Shown: positions 40,732 through 49,436 of the stretch, one piece after another | How positions within the stretch are numbered: position 1 is the first letter of the stretch | Layout: every line of letters begins with the position of its first letter | IMG/VR virus record: IMGVR_UViG_3300045988_165974 | Coordinates: 32,001-96,000 of that record | From: a virus | DNA length: 64,000 bases | Strand: one strand, 5' to 3' | The notes under the pieces: model-generated | Seen by the model: only the letters and a program-made list of their open reading frames with translations | The model's database searches: none | Told to the model about the DNA's origin: nothing | Made by a program: the position numbers and the translations under genes

Positions 40732-41430
40732 GTGATTAATATGATGAAAAACAAAAACTCAATTGGGTTCTATATAGAAAGTTTAGGATTCGATTTAGAT
40801 AAAGTTTGGGATTTTGAAAAGAATACAAAAAATCCTGATGAAGTTACAAAAATGTCAAATGTTGAAATATGGTTAAAATGTGTTAATCATGATTATCACG
40901 GCAGCTATAAAACAACTGCTAAGGCTTACTATTATTCCTCTTCTACAGAGGGATATGGTTGCCCTTACTGTTCTAAAATAAGTCCAAATAGAAAGGTCCA
41001 TATACTTGATAGTTTTGCATATAAACATCAAGATTGGGCAAAATGGTGGGATAGTTCTAATAAGAAAACTCCTTTTGAATGCAAAGGAAATGAACAACAT
41101 GAGACATTTAAATTTACTTGTCCTGTTTGTGGCTACAGTTTTGAAAGTACATTAATGTTCCTTTCTGATTTAAAATTTAAACATGTATGTGAATCAGATA
41201 AAACAAGAGGTAAGGGGTATGATGAATATCAAGATTACAGAAAACAACAACAGTTTGAAAGAGCAGCAAAGCACATAAAGAAATCTGGTAAAGGAGAATG
41301 GGAACTTATAGAATTCAATGGAACAAACAGACCTGGTACTGTTAAGCATCATTGTGGAGCAACTAAGACAGTTACTAGAATATCTTCTTTATATAATAAA
41401 AATATAGTTTGTCCTAATTGTGATAAATAG
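40732..41430 (+). CDS. multi-Zn-ribbon protein
   Basis: GCPYCSK, CPVCGY and CPNCDK ribbons, similar to the N-terminal repeats of the intron ORF at 3726-4703. Confidence 0.45.
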   Translation: MINMMKNKNSIGFYIESLGFDLDKVWDFEKNTKNPDEVTKMSNVEIWLKCVNHDYHGSYKTTAKAYYYSSSTEGYGCPYCSKISPNRKVHILDSFAYKHQDWAKWWDSSNKKTPFECKGNEQHETFKFTCPVCGYSFESTLMFLSDLKFKHVCESDKTRGKGYDEYQDYRKQQQFERAAKHIKKSGKGEWELIEFNGTNRPGTVKHHCGATKTVTRISSLYNKNIVCPNCDK

Positions 41431-41459
41431 TTGACATACTTATAAAAAAATAGTAAGAT
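41431..41459 (+). promoter_or_regulatory. promoter
   Basis: TTGACA, a 17-nt spacer, then TAAGAT. Confidence 0.5.
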
Positions 41460-41620
41460 AAAAAAAAGAGGTAGATGTCGAACCCATCTACCTTAAACAA
41501 TATTGATATAATCAATCTTTAGAATTGTTTTTAGAGTTAATCTTTTTAAATTGTATTTTTATAATACCATAAAAGGATTGATTATGTCAAGAAGTACTGC
41601 TATTTTTTAAGGAGAATTTT

Positions 41621-42577
41621 ATGAAAAAAAAGGAAGAGAAATTAGAACACTTAAGAGAATACGGCATAGTCAATTTAAATGACGGCAGATTAGTATTTTC
41701 GGCTTGTCATGATGTATCAAAAGAAGAAAATCTTACGATAATTAACGATTTAAACAAAGAAGACAAAGAAAAGAGAAACAAAATATTAGAATTCAAAAGA
41801 TTTAATAGAAAGTTAGGAGGATTTTATTTTATGGTTTACAGTAATAACAAAGCTTTATTTTCTGAAATTCCAGAAGTTAAAAATGAGGACTTACCTAAAT
41901 TGCTTTATTTAGCCTCATACATGGATTATGAGAATAGACATGGTAATAAGGTATGTAAGGTAATAGGAGGAAATAAAAAAGTCCCTATGCCTAAGAGAGA
42001 AGTTTTTAAGCTAATAAGATTTGCAGATTCAACAAAGGCAAAAAATTGGTTTTTAAAAATGGAGAAATTAGGACTATTATATATTTATGATGATTCAGTA
42101 GAACTAAATGAAAAATATTTTATTAAAGGCTGTACTGGAACAGAATATAAATATAGTCGAGTTTATATTAACACGATAAGGGGATTATATACTAATTGTG
42201 ATTTAAGAAAACATAGACAAATTGGCTTAATATTAAGACTATTGCCTTATATGAATATAAATTCAAATATACTTTGTAGCACTAGTGAAGATGAAATTCA
42301 CAAACTAGATAGATATGAAATTGCAGAAATACTTGATGTAAAAGACGATAAGAGAAATTTATCTAAAATGATAAGAACTCTTTTAAATCTTAAAGTTGAT
42401 TTTGAAAATTATAAATTGCAGGTATTTAAATTAGTAAAAGTATATGACACCAATTTTGTTGAAGAATATTTTGTAGTCAATCCAATTTTAGCATATAAAG
42501 GAGATGACTATTATAAGATGCAAGAAATCCTAAAAACATATTTCTTTGATGAAGATGATATTAAAGTAATAAGATAA
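41621..42577 (+). CDS. Rep-like protein, paralogue 1 (possible replication initiator)
   Basis: 318 aa, collinear with the ORF at 50510-51445 (LGGF..., L(L/I)YLA(S/T)Y(M/I)DY(E/N)NR, ...NP(I/L)L..KG). It is followed by an iteron field. Confidence 0.45.
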   Translation: MKKKEEKLEHLREYGIVNLNDGRLVFSACHDVSKEENLTIINDLNKEDKEKRNKILEFKRFNRKLGGFYFMVYSNNKALFSEIPEVKNEDLPKLLYLASYMDYENRHGNKVCKVIGGNKKVPMPKREVFKLIRFADSTKAKNWFLKMEKLGLLYIYDDSVELNEKYFIKGCTGTEYKYSRVYINTIRGLYTNCDLRKHRQIGLILRLLPYMNINSNILCSTSEDEIHKLDRYEIAEILDVKDDKRNLSKMIRTLLNLKVDFENYKLQVFKLVKVYDTNFVEEYFVVNPILAYKGDDYYKMQEILKTYFFDEDDIKVIR

Positions 42578-42596
42578 ATAGATTCGCTCTGATTAA

Positions 42597-43060
42597 TTTC
42601 AGGGCGATTTTTAATATTTTTGAACATTGGTGTATTTGAGGACGATTTTAAAAAATAAAAAACCACTCAAATGCCGATAAGAGTGGTTTAAACTAAAAAA
42701 CTTTTCATCTTAAGGAACTATCACTCTACGACCAAATAGATTACAGTTCTCTTATTTTTATTATATCATGTATAGAAAAATTTTGCAAGAATTTATTTTT
42801 TAAACAACTTCATGTTTTTGAACATCGGTGTATTTGAGGCAGACTTTTTATATAAAATCCATGTTTTTAAACATTAGTGTATTTGAGGACGATTTTAGAA
42901 AAAAACACATTAAAAACATTGATATTTCAACGATTGCATAGCAATAGGATTTGATTAGGTTAAATTTAATGGTCTACTTTGAGGCAGAAAAAAACAACGA
43001 TTTTGACACTTTGAGGCAGATTTTTAAAATGGCAGAGAATGTTGATATTTCAACAATAAC
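42597..43060. repeat. iteron field (candidate origin)
   Basis: TTTTTGAACATTGGTGTATTTGAGGACGATTTTA-type 34-mers at 42617, 42815 and 42864. Short TTTGAGGCAGA copies at 42978 and 43010. TTGATATTTCAAC occurs twice. Confidence 0.6.
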
Positions 43061-43310
43061 TCCAATTTTAGGTAGTTGCATCATTATTATTATTCTCTCT
43101 ATATAGCTAACGCCAAATTCTTTTCCGATAAACGAGAAATATTCTTTAAATTTTCCCAAGTGATTAATTAGTTTTCGTGATATAAAAACACATGGAAAAT
43201 TCTGTTCAGATTTATTTTTATCTTCCCTCACTTCATAACAAATAGATAAGATAGAAACAACTAGATGTTCAGTCCAGCTAAAAAAACATCTGAACTTTTA
43301 CAAATTATTC

Positions 43311-43339
43311 TTGACATTTTTATATTAAAATACTATAAT
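43311..43339 (+). promoter_or_regulatory. promoter
   Basis: TTGACA, a 17-nt spacer, then TATAAT. Confidence 0.6.
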
Positions 43340-43451
43340 CTACTTATAAACAGTAAAGGAGAGATTCAATCATGAAAAATAACTCTTCATTTTATAGGAA
43401 ATAAGGGTTTTATACTTGTTGTATAATTCCCAAATAAAAAGGAGAAGGAAA

Positions 43452-44369
43452 ATGAAAGAAATCAATATTTATAACGAAAAAAAAGTAGAAGAAGTTATGT
43501 CAACATGGAAACCAACTGCAAGAAATTCTGCTAAAGGTGGTTATAAAAAATTACTTTTTTACTTAAAAAGAGAAGGTTCTTTAAAAGTAAAAGGGAAAAA
43601 CTATTATACAACAAAAGACATGTTAGACAGATATTTAGAAGAGACAACAAATAAGAGTTCGTATCAGGCTATGAGTATTATTAAAACTTATATGAACAAA
43701 CTGTTTAGAGAGTTGGAAATTGATTATCAATTCGAAGCAATATCTAGTAAGCAATACATTAGAAATACAGACTTTTACAACAAAGAAGAAGTAAAACAAA
43801 TAGCTCTATTAACTAGAAATGCACAGGATAGATTTATAATCTACGGACTGTTTAGCGGTCTAAAAGGCAGCAAGTTTTGTGAGTTATTAGATTTAAAAAC
43901 GAAAGACATAGATTTTAAGCACAATCTAATTAAAATAAACAATAGAAAAATAGAAATGGATGAATTCATGACTATGATAGCTAAAGATACAGTTAATCAA
44001 GAAATTTATTATAAGAAAGGGGAGAAAGAAAACACTAGTAAGTCATCTATGTTTTATGAACTTAATATGCATAGTGAATATGTTTTAAAACCAAAGCCAT
44101 ACGCTAAAAACAATAAAGGTTTAAAGCCATTTAGTTTATGTGGATTTAAAACAAAGCTAGAAAAAATAAGTGCAGATTTAGAGGGTTCTAGTTTTTATCC
44201 AGTTTTAGCAGACAAACTGTATAAGTCAGGAATCTTATATCAAATGAAAAAAATAGAAGAAGAAACAGGTATAGTATGGAAAAATAAAAATCTTGATGAC
44301 TGGAAAAAAACAGAAGGCTTAATTTTTGGTACTTCTGAAATTCTAAATATCTATAGACAAATGAATTAA
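43452..44369 (+). CDS. hypothetical protein (degenerate integrase-like N-terminus?)
   Basis: ATG after AAAGGAGAAGG. The box-I-like GLKGSKFCELLDLKTKDIDF lacks the catalytic Arg, and no H-x-x-R or Tyr was seen. Confidence 0.45.
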   Translation: MKEINIYNEKKVEEVMSTWKPTARNSAKGGYKKLLFYLKREGSLKVKGKNYYTTKDMLDRYLEETTNKSSYQAMSIIKTYMNKLFRELEIDYQFEAISSKQYIRNTDFYNKEEVKQIALLTRNAQDRFIIYGLFSGLKGSKFCELLDLKTKDIDFKHNLIKINNRKIEMDEFMTMIAKDTVNQEIYYKKGEKENTSKSSMFYELNMHSEYVLKPKPYAKNNKGLKPFSLCGFKTKLEKISADLEGSSFYPVLADKLYKSGILYQMKKIEEETGIVWKNKNLDDWKKTEGLIFGTSEILNIYRQMN

Positions 44370-44392
44370 CATTTCGGAAAGGGTTTTGTTGT

Positions 44393-44734
44393 ATGTTAAG
44401 AAATATTGAGGGAAATAATGTTTTAGATATGCTAAAAACATTAGAAAGAGTAGAAAAAAATAAAACAAATGAGGAATATTATATTCCTAAGTTTGAGCAA
44501 CTAAAAGGGTTTTTATACAGAAAAGAAATATTTAAAGCAATAGAAGTATTTGAAGAACTTTTTAGTGAAAAAATCAATATCTGTTTTAGAGACATACTAA
44601 CACAATATTTAAGAAACAAAACTAAGGCAGATATTGACAAAGACATTCAAAGATGGATGACAGAATACAAAAATAGAGCCGAATGGGGTTTCATAACCTG
44701 TATAGGAGCAGAAATGCATAAAAACATAGGCTAG
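44393..44734 (+). CDS. hypothetical protein
   Basis: 113-aa ORF. Confidence 0.45.
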   Translation: MLRNIEGNNVLDMLKTLERVEKNKTNEEYYIPKFEQLKGFLYRKEIFKAIEVFEELFSEKINICFRDILTQYLRNKTKADIDKDIQRWMTEYKNRAEWGFITCIGAEMHKNIG

Positions 44735-44802
44735 GGTTCTCCCTAGTCTTTAGGAGGTAATTATAAGAACTTTTAAATTTAGTAAGAAATGGAGATGATT
44801 AG

Positions 44803-45723
44803 ATGAATAATTACAGTACAGAAGTTAAGAAAAGATTTTGTAAAGACTTTGACATTCCAATTAAGATATATAGCGAGCCTTACTGGAGTTACTTGACAAA
44901 CTTATATGAAAACTATTTTGGATTGTCAGATAAGTTTATTTTACTAGATGAAGAAATCAGTAAATGCAATTCAGAGCAAGAGTTTTTAGATAAAATGTTT
45001 CATCTTAGAGACGATATTATAACAAAAACAAAAGAGACGGATGCTTATAAACATTTTTTAGAAATGGATATGAATAAATATGGGGTTAAATCAAAATTTT
45101 CAAGTAAGCACATTTATAATAATCAAAATGTTGGAAAAGTCTTTATATCAATTGACTTGATAAAAGCAAACTTTCAAGCATTAAAATATATTGATAAAGA
45201 CCTCGTATTTGGCTCTGAGACATACGGAGAGTACCTTGACGGGTTTACCGATAGTAAGTATCTAAAAGAGAGTAAAAGGCTAAGACAGGTCATTTTTGGG
45301 AATATGAATCCTAAGCGACAAGTTACAGTAGAAAAATTTCTAATGAATCAAGTCCTAGGCTTATTGGAAAGAAAATATGAATTAGGGACAATAGTTTCTT
45401 TTTCCAATGATGAAATCATATATCAAGCAGATGATTTTGTTGCAGAATATTTAACTAATTTTCTTCCTGAAAATATAAAAAACATAGTAAAGGCAAATTT
45501 AGGATTAGATGTTCGTGTTGAAATATTTAAACTTTGCAAAATAGAAAATTCAGACTTCTATGTAAAAGAGGATTTAAATACAAATGGATATAAATTGATG
45601 TGTGTTCCAGCGAATTACTTTTCTCAAGCATATAAAAAATATAACGGATTACAAATTGTTGATATGGATTTAACTTTCTGGTATGAAAATCAATTGTGTA
45701 AATTTATAAATCCATTGTTTTAG
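44803..45723 (+). CDS. hypothetical protein with faint family-A polymerase-like motifs
   Basis: SIDLIKANFQAL resembles motif A, KRLRQVIFGNMN motif B, and FSNDEIIY motif C. The resemblance is weak. Confidence 0.45.
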   Translation: MNNYSTEVKKRFCKDFDIPIKIYSEPYWSYLTNLYENYFGLSDKFILLDEEISKCNSEQEFLDKMFHLRDDIITKTKETDAYKHFLEMDMNKYGVKSKFSSKHIYNNQNVGKVFISIDLIKANFQALKYIDKDLVFGSETYGEYLDGFTDSKYLKESKRLRQVIFGNMNPKRQVTVEKFLMNQVLGLLERKYELGTIVSFSNDEIIYQADDFVAEYLTNFLPENIKNIVKANLGLDVRVEIFKLCKIENSDFYVKEDLNTNGYKLMCVPANYFSQAYKKYNGLQIVDMDLTFWYENQLCKFINPLF

Positions 45724-45733
45724 GAGGAAGAAA

Positions 45734-46903
45734 TTGCTAAAGAGTTACAAAACGGAAATAAACCCAACACAGGAACAAATACAAAAGATAAATAAAACAA
45801 TTGGAACTTGTAGATTTATTTATAATTTTTACATCGCTCATAATAAAGAACTCTATAACAAGGGCGAAAAATTTATGACGGCAAAATCATTCAGTGTTTG
45901 GTTAAATAATGAATTTCTACCAAATAATCCGAATTATTCATGGATAAAAGAAGTAAGTTCTAAATCAGTTAAAAAATCTATGGAAAATGCTTATACTGCT
46001 TTTAATAAGTTTTTTAAGAAACAAAGTAAGTTTCCTAGATTTAAGAAAAAGAATAAATCTGATGTAAAAATGTACTTTGTAAAAAATAATCCAAAAGATT
46101 GTTTCTGTGAAAGACATAGAATTAATATTCCTACTCTTGGATGGATTAAATTAAAAGAAAAGGGATATATTCCTACTACTAAAGACGGATATGTAATTAA
46201 AAGTGGTACGGTTTCTTGCAAAGCTGGAAGATATTATGTATCAGTTTTAATTGATACTTCTGATACAGAAAAACCACAATTAAATGACTTTGGATTAGGA
46301 ATTGATTTAGGTGTTAAAGAATTTGCGGTAATTAGTAATGGAACTATAAAGAAAAATATAAATAAAACTGCTAAATTAAAAAAAATAGAAAAACAATTAA
46401 AAAGAGAACAGCGTTGCCTATCGAGAAAATACGAAGGATTAAAGAAACGCAACAATAAAATGAAAGGAGAAGCCACTAGGCAAAATATTAAAAAACAAGT
46501 CTTAAAGGTACAGAAACTTCATCAAAGAATGGATAATATTCGTACTGATTATATCAATAAATGTGTAAATGAGATAGTGAAAACCAAGCCATCTTATATT
46601 ACCATTGAAGATTTGAATGTAAAAGGAATGATGAAGAATAAACATCTCTCTAAGGCAGTTGCTTCACAGAAATTCTATGAATTTAGAACTAAACTTGAAA
46701 CAAAATGCAAAGAATTAGGAATTGAATTAAGAATTGTAAATAGGTGGTATCCATCGAGTAAATTGTGTCATGAATGTGGTTGTATCAATAAAGATTTAAA
46801 ACTTTCTGACAGAGAATATATTTGTGGATGTGGATACCATGCTGATAGAGATTATAATGCAAGTCTTAATTTGAGAGATGCAATATCCTACAAAATAGCA
46901 TAA
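45734..46903 (+). CDS. tnpB: TnpB RNA-guided nuclease (IS200/IS605 OrfB family)
   Basis: RuvC D (GIDLGVKEFAV), E (ITIEDLNVKGM), Zn finger CHECG...CGCG, and DRDYNASLNL. TTG start. Confidence 0.9.
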   Translation: MLKSYKTEINPTQEQIQKINKTIGTCRFIYNFYIAHNKELYNKGEKFMTAKSFSVWLNNEFLPNNPNYSWIKEVSSKSVKKSMENAYTAFNKFFKKQSKFPRFKKKNKSDVKMYFVKNNPKDCFCERHRINIPTLGWIKLKEKGYIPTTKDGYVIKSGTVSCKAGRYYVSVLIDTSDTEKPQLNDFGLGIDLGVKEFAVISNGTIKKNINKTAKLKKIEKQLKREQRCLSRKYEGLKKRNNKMKGEATRQNIKKQVLKVQKLHQRMDNIRTDYINKCVNEIVKTKPSYITIEDLNVKGMMKNKHLSKAVASQKFYEFRTKLETKCKELGIELRIVNRWYPSSKLCHECGCINKDLKLSDREYICGCGYHADRDYNASLNLRDAISYKIA

Positions 46904-47090
46904 ACAAGCATTTGTAGGTATGTACCGATGGCTTTAGTCGGGAATTTACGACTGTGGACTGTACAAGAACTTGTGAGTAGTGTATTACTTTGTAATCACA
47001 AAAGCATACAGGATGAAACAGTAAGAAAAGTTTGTGAAAACTTTCAATATCTCGATATGGGTATATTTGTCCATATTTTGAGTGGCAGGA
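46780..47090 (+). ncRNA. putative TnpB omega/reRNA scaffold and right end
   Basis: ORF-free, GC-richer stretch overlapping and following the tnpB 3' end. Hairpin CCGATGGCTTTAGTCGG (46925-46941) and AATTTACGAC..TGGA, also seen after the second tnpB. Ends are uncertain. Confidence 0.45.
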
Positions 47091-47094
47091 AGAC

Positions 47095-47349
47095 ATGCAG
47101 CTATATAGAACAAAGAGAAATGAGTTAAATGATAAGTTAAGAAATACAAAAACTATGGACCAGTTGTTATCTCTTGAAGGAGAAACTCTGTGTCATGGGT
47201 TTGGTTTCTATTCAAAACGTTGCCAAGATAGACAAATAAGTAATTTCAGAAATGGAGTTGACGGCAAAGTCCAATATCTATATGTTGATGACAAGAAGTT
47301 AGGATATTCTCAAATAAAAAATCTATATAAATATTTTGAAATCAGATAA
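47095..47349 (+). CDS. hypothetical protein
   Basis: 84-aa ORF upstream of the sigma factor gene. Confidence 0.4.
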   Translation: MQLYRTKRNELNDKLRNTKTMDQLLSLEGETLCHGFGFYSKRCQDRQISNFRNGVDGKVQYLYVDDKKLGYSQIKNLYKYFEIR

Positions 47350-47360
47350 AGGAGGCTATT

Positions 47361-48059
47361 ATGAATTTTAAAACAGATGAAGAAAGAAATAACTTTGTAA
47401 CAGATAATATGAGCCTTGTACCATTTTTAGTAAATAGATATTTCATGAATTATGTTGGAATAGATTCCGCATGGGAATATGAGGATATTTTACAGCTTGG
47501 ATATATTTCATTAATAAAAGCTACAAATAAATTTGATGAAAATGTAAATATAAAATTTTCATATTGGCTAAGACTTTTCATGAAAAGAGAATTTCAAAAC
47601 ACTTTTAGAGAAGTCAGATGTGGAATTAGATATAAGAGAGACATACCTAAGAAAAGAGATATGGTAATTAAATTAGCAAATAATGGTTTTACAGATAAAG
47701 AAATATCTAAAAAGACAGGAATGTCTTTAAAAGATATAGATAGCATGAAACAAATCTCATATAATGGCATTAGTTTAGATGCATTAGACGATGACGGAGA
47801 AGAAACAGATTTTACATCTATTGATAGACTTATGTACAAATCTAAGAATTATTCTACTTTGGATATAGAAGAGGATATTTTAGAAGGCTTTTCAGAAAGA
47901 GATAAAGACATTTTTAAATTAGCTAAAATAGGTGGGTTTACACATAAAGAAATTGCTAAAAAATATAATATGTCTGCCAAGAATGTTGGAAGAATAATAT
48001 GTGATATAAAAAAAGGAATGAAAGAAAAGGCAAATCCAGATATGAAAAAAGTTAGCTAA
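47361..48059 (+). CDS. sigma-70 family (group 4-like) sigma factor
   Basis: Region 2-like LQLGYISLIKATNKFD...FSYWLRLFMKREF. Region 4 HTH FTHKEIAKKYNMSAKNVGRIICDIKK. Confidence 0.75.
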   Translation: MNFKTDEERNNFVTDNMSLVPFLVNRYFMNYVGIDSAWEYEDILQLGYISLIKATNKFDENVNIKFSYWLRLFMKREFQNTFREVRCGIRYKRDIPKKRDMVIKLANNGFTDKEISKKTGMSLKDIDSMKQISYNGISLDALDDDGEETDFTSIDRLMYKSKNYSTLDIEEDILEGFSERDKDIFKLAKIGGFTHKEIAKKYNMSAKNVGRIICDIKKGMKEKANPDMKKVS

Positions 48060-48074
48060 ATTTAAAAAATAATG

Positions 48075-48103
48075 TTGACAAACTAGTATAAAAAACATAT
48101 AAT
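48075..48103 (+). promoter_or_regulatory. promoter
   Basis: TTGACA, a 17-nt spacer, then TATAAT. Confidence 0.6.
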
Positions 48104-48170
48104 ATAATTAAGTTAAATACTTAATAGAATTTAACAAATAACAAATTTCCTCATATATCTTATCTATCTC

Positions 48171-48205
48171 GGCTCAAGATTATCCCCCTTGAGCCTATTT
48201 TTTTT
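48171..48205 (+). terminator. leader terminator/attenuator
   Basis: GGCTCAAG-ATTATCCCC-CTTGAGCC followed by T8. It lies between the promoter and the antirepressor RBS. Confidence 0.65.
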
Positions 48206-48244
48206 AAGTATTTGACTAAACTATAAAGATTGGAGAAGACAAAA

Positions 48245-49078
48245 ATGAATGAATTAATAAAAGTATTTAATTTTGAAGGAAAAGAATTAGAAGTATTAAT
48301 GTATAACAATGAAGCTCTATTTAATCCAAGAGATGTTGGAAGATGCTTAGAAATCTCTGATGTAACAGTTAGAAGACATATGCAAAATATGAATCAAAAA
48401 CAATTTATTAAGCTTACAAATTCAGATGTTCAAGATATGAACTTCCGAAAATTAAATAATGCAGGAGAAAACTTCTTAACAGAATCTGGTGTTTATAAGC
48501 TTATTTTTAAGTCCCATAAAGAATCCGCAGAGAAATTTCAAGACTGGATAACAGATGAAGTTCTTCCAAGTATAAGAAAACATGGAACATATATGACGGA
48601 TAATGTATTAGAACAAGCAATATCAAACCCAGATTTTTTAATAGGATTACTACAAAATTTAAAGGAAGAACAACAACAAAGAAAAATAGCAGAAGAAAAA
48701 GCTAAAGTATTAGAAATTGAAGTAGACCATAAAGAGGATGTTATTGTTGGTCTTTGTCAAGATATATCTTTAGCAGAAAAAAGACAAAGAATAAAACAAA
48801 TTATAAATCATAATTCAAACGGTAGATATTCAGACAGATATAATCTTTTATATAAAGAATTCCAAGACAAATACCACATAGATTTAAAAAGACGTATGAA
48901 TAATCTTGAAGTCAAATCAATTAATGAAAATAGACATCATGAATATATTAAAATTACATCAAAAATTAAAACTAATAAAATGGAATATATAGATAAAATA
49001 TTATGCATGATTCCTGAACTGTACGAAATCAGCTGCAAGATATTTGAAAACGATGTCGCAGAACTAATGAAAGAATAG
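48245..49078 (+). CDS. Bro-N / antirepressor (Ant-like)
   Basis: FNFEGKELEVL...FNPRDVGRCLEI...FLTESGVYKLIFKS...KFQDWITDEVLPSIRKHG is the Bro-N pattern. The C-terminal half is Ant-like. Confidence 0.85.
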   Translation: MNELIKVFNFEGKELEVLMYNNEALFNPRDVGRCLEISDVTVRRHMQNMNQKQFIKLTNSDVQDMNFRKLNNAGENFLTESGVYKLIFKSHKESAEKFQDWITDEVLPSIRKHGTYMTDNVLEQAISNPDFLIGLLQNLKEEQQQRKIAEEKAKVLEIEVDHKEDVIVGLCQDISLAEKRQRIKQIINHNSNGRYSDRYNLLYKEFQDKYHIDLKRRMNNLEVKSINENRHHEYIKITSKIKTNKMEYIDKILCMIPELYEISCKIFENDVAELMKE

Positions 49079-49109
49079 GAAACAACAATAATATAAATTG
49101 GAGGACAAA

Positions 49110-49436
49110 ATGAGAAAAGAAATAACTAAAGAAGAATGGTTTCAATATGAATTAAAGGTACATTTTTCGGATGGAGCATACAGAAAAAGAACCTTAGAAA
49201 GATACAGCCCGTTAGACGAAGAGAATTTTTTATATTACCAAATGAAATTACCAATTTGGAAAATGGACACAGGAGAATATTACAATACGAATTTTATTAC
49301 ATCTATAGAAATTGGAATTAAAGATATTCAAAATGTAATTGGAGATTCAGAATTGGGCCTTGGATTATATGCAACGTTAGAAGGAATAGAGAAATATAAC
49401 GAGGAGGTTTTGAAAAAGAAAAAATGGCAATTTTAA
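49110..49436 (+). CDS. hypothetical protein
   Basis: ATG after GGAGGA. Confidence 0.45.
   Translation: MRKEITKEEWFQYELKVHFSDGAYRKRTLERYSPLDEENFLYYQMKLPIWKMDTGEYYNTNFITSIEIGIKDIQNVIGDSELGLGLYATLEGIEKYNEEVLKKKKWQF

Noticed and set aside
42974-43231. 85-aa minus-strand ORF.
   Set aside because: It lies inside the iteron field, runs opposite to every gene of the right arm, and has no convincing RBS.
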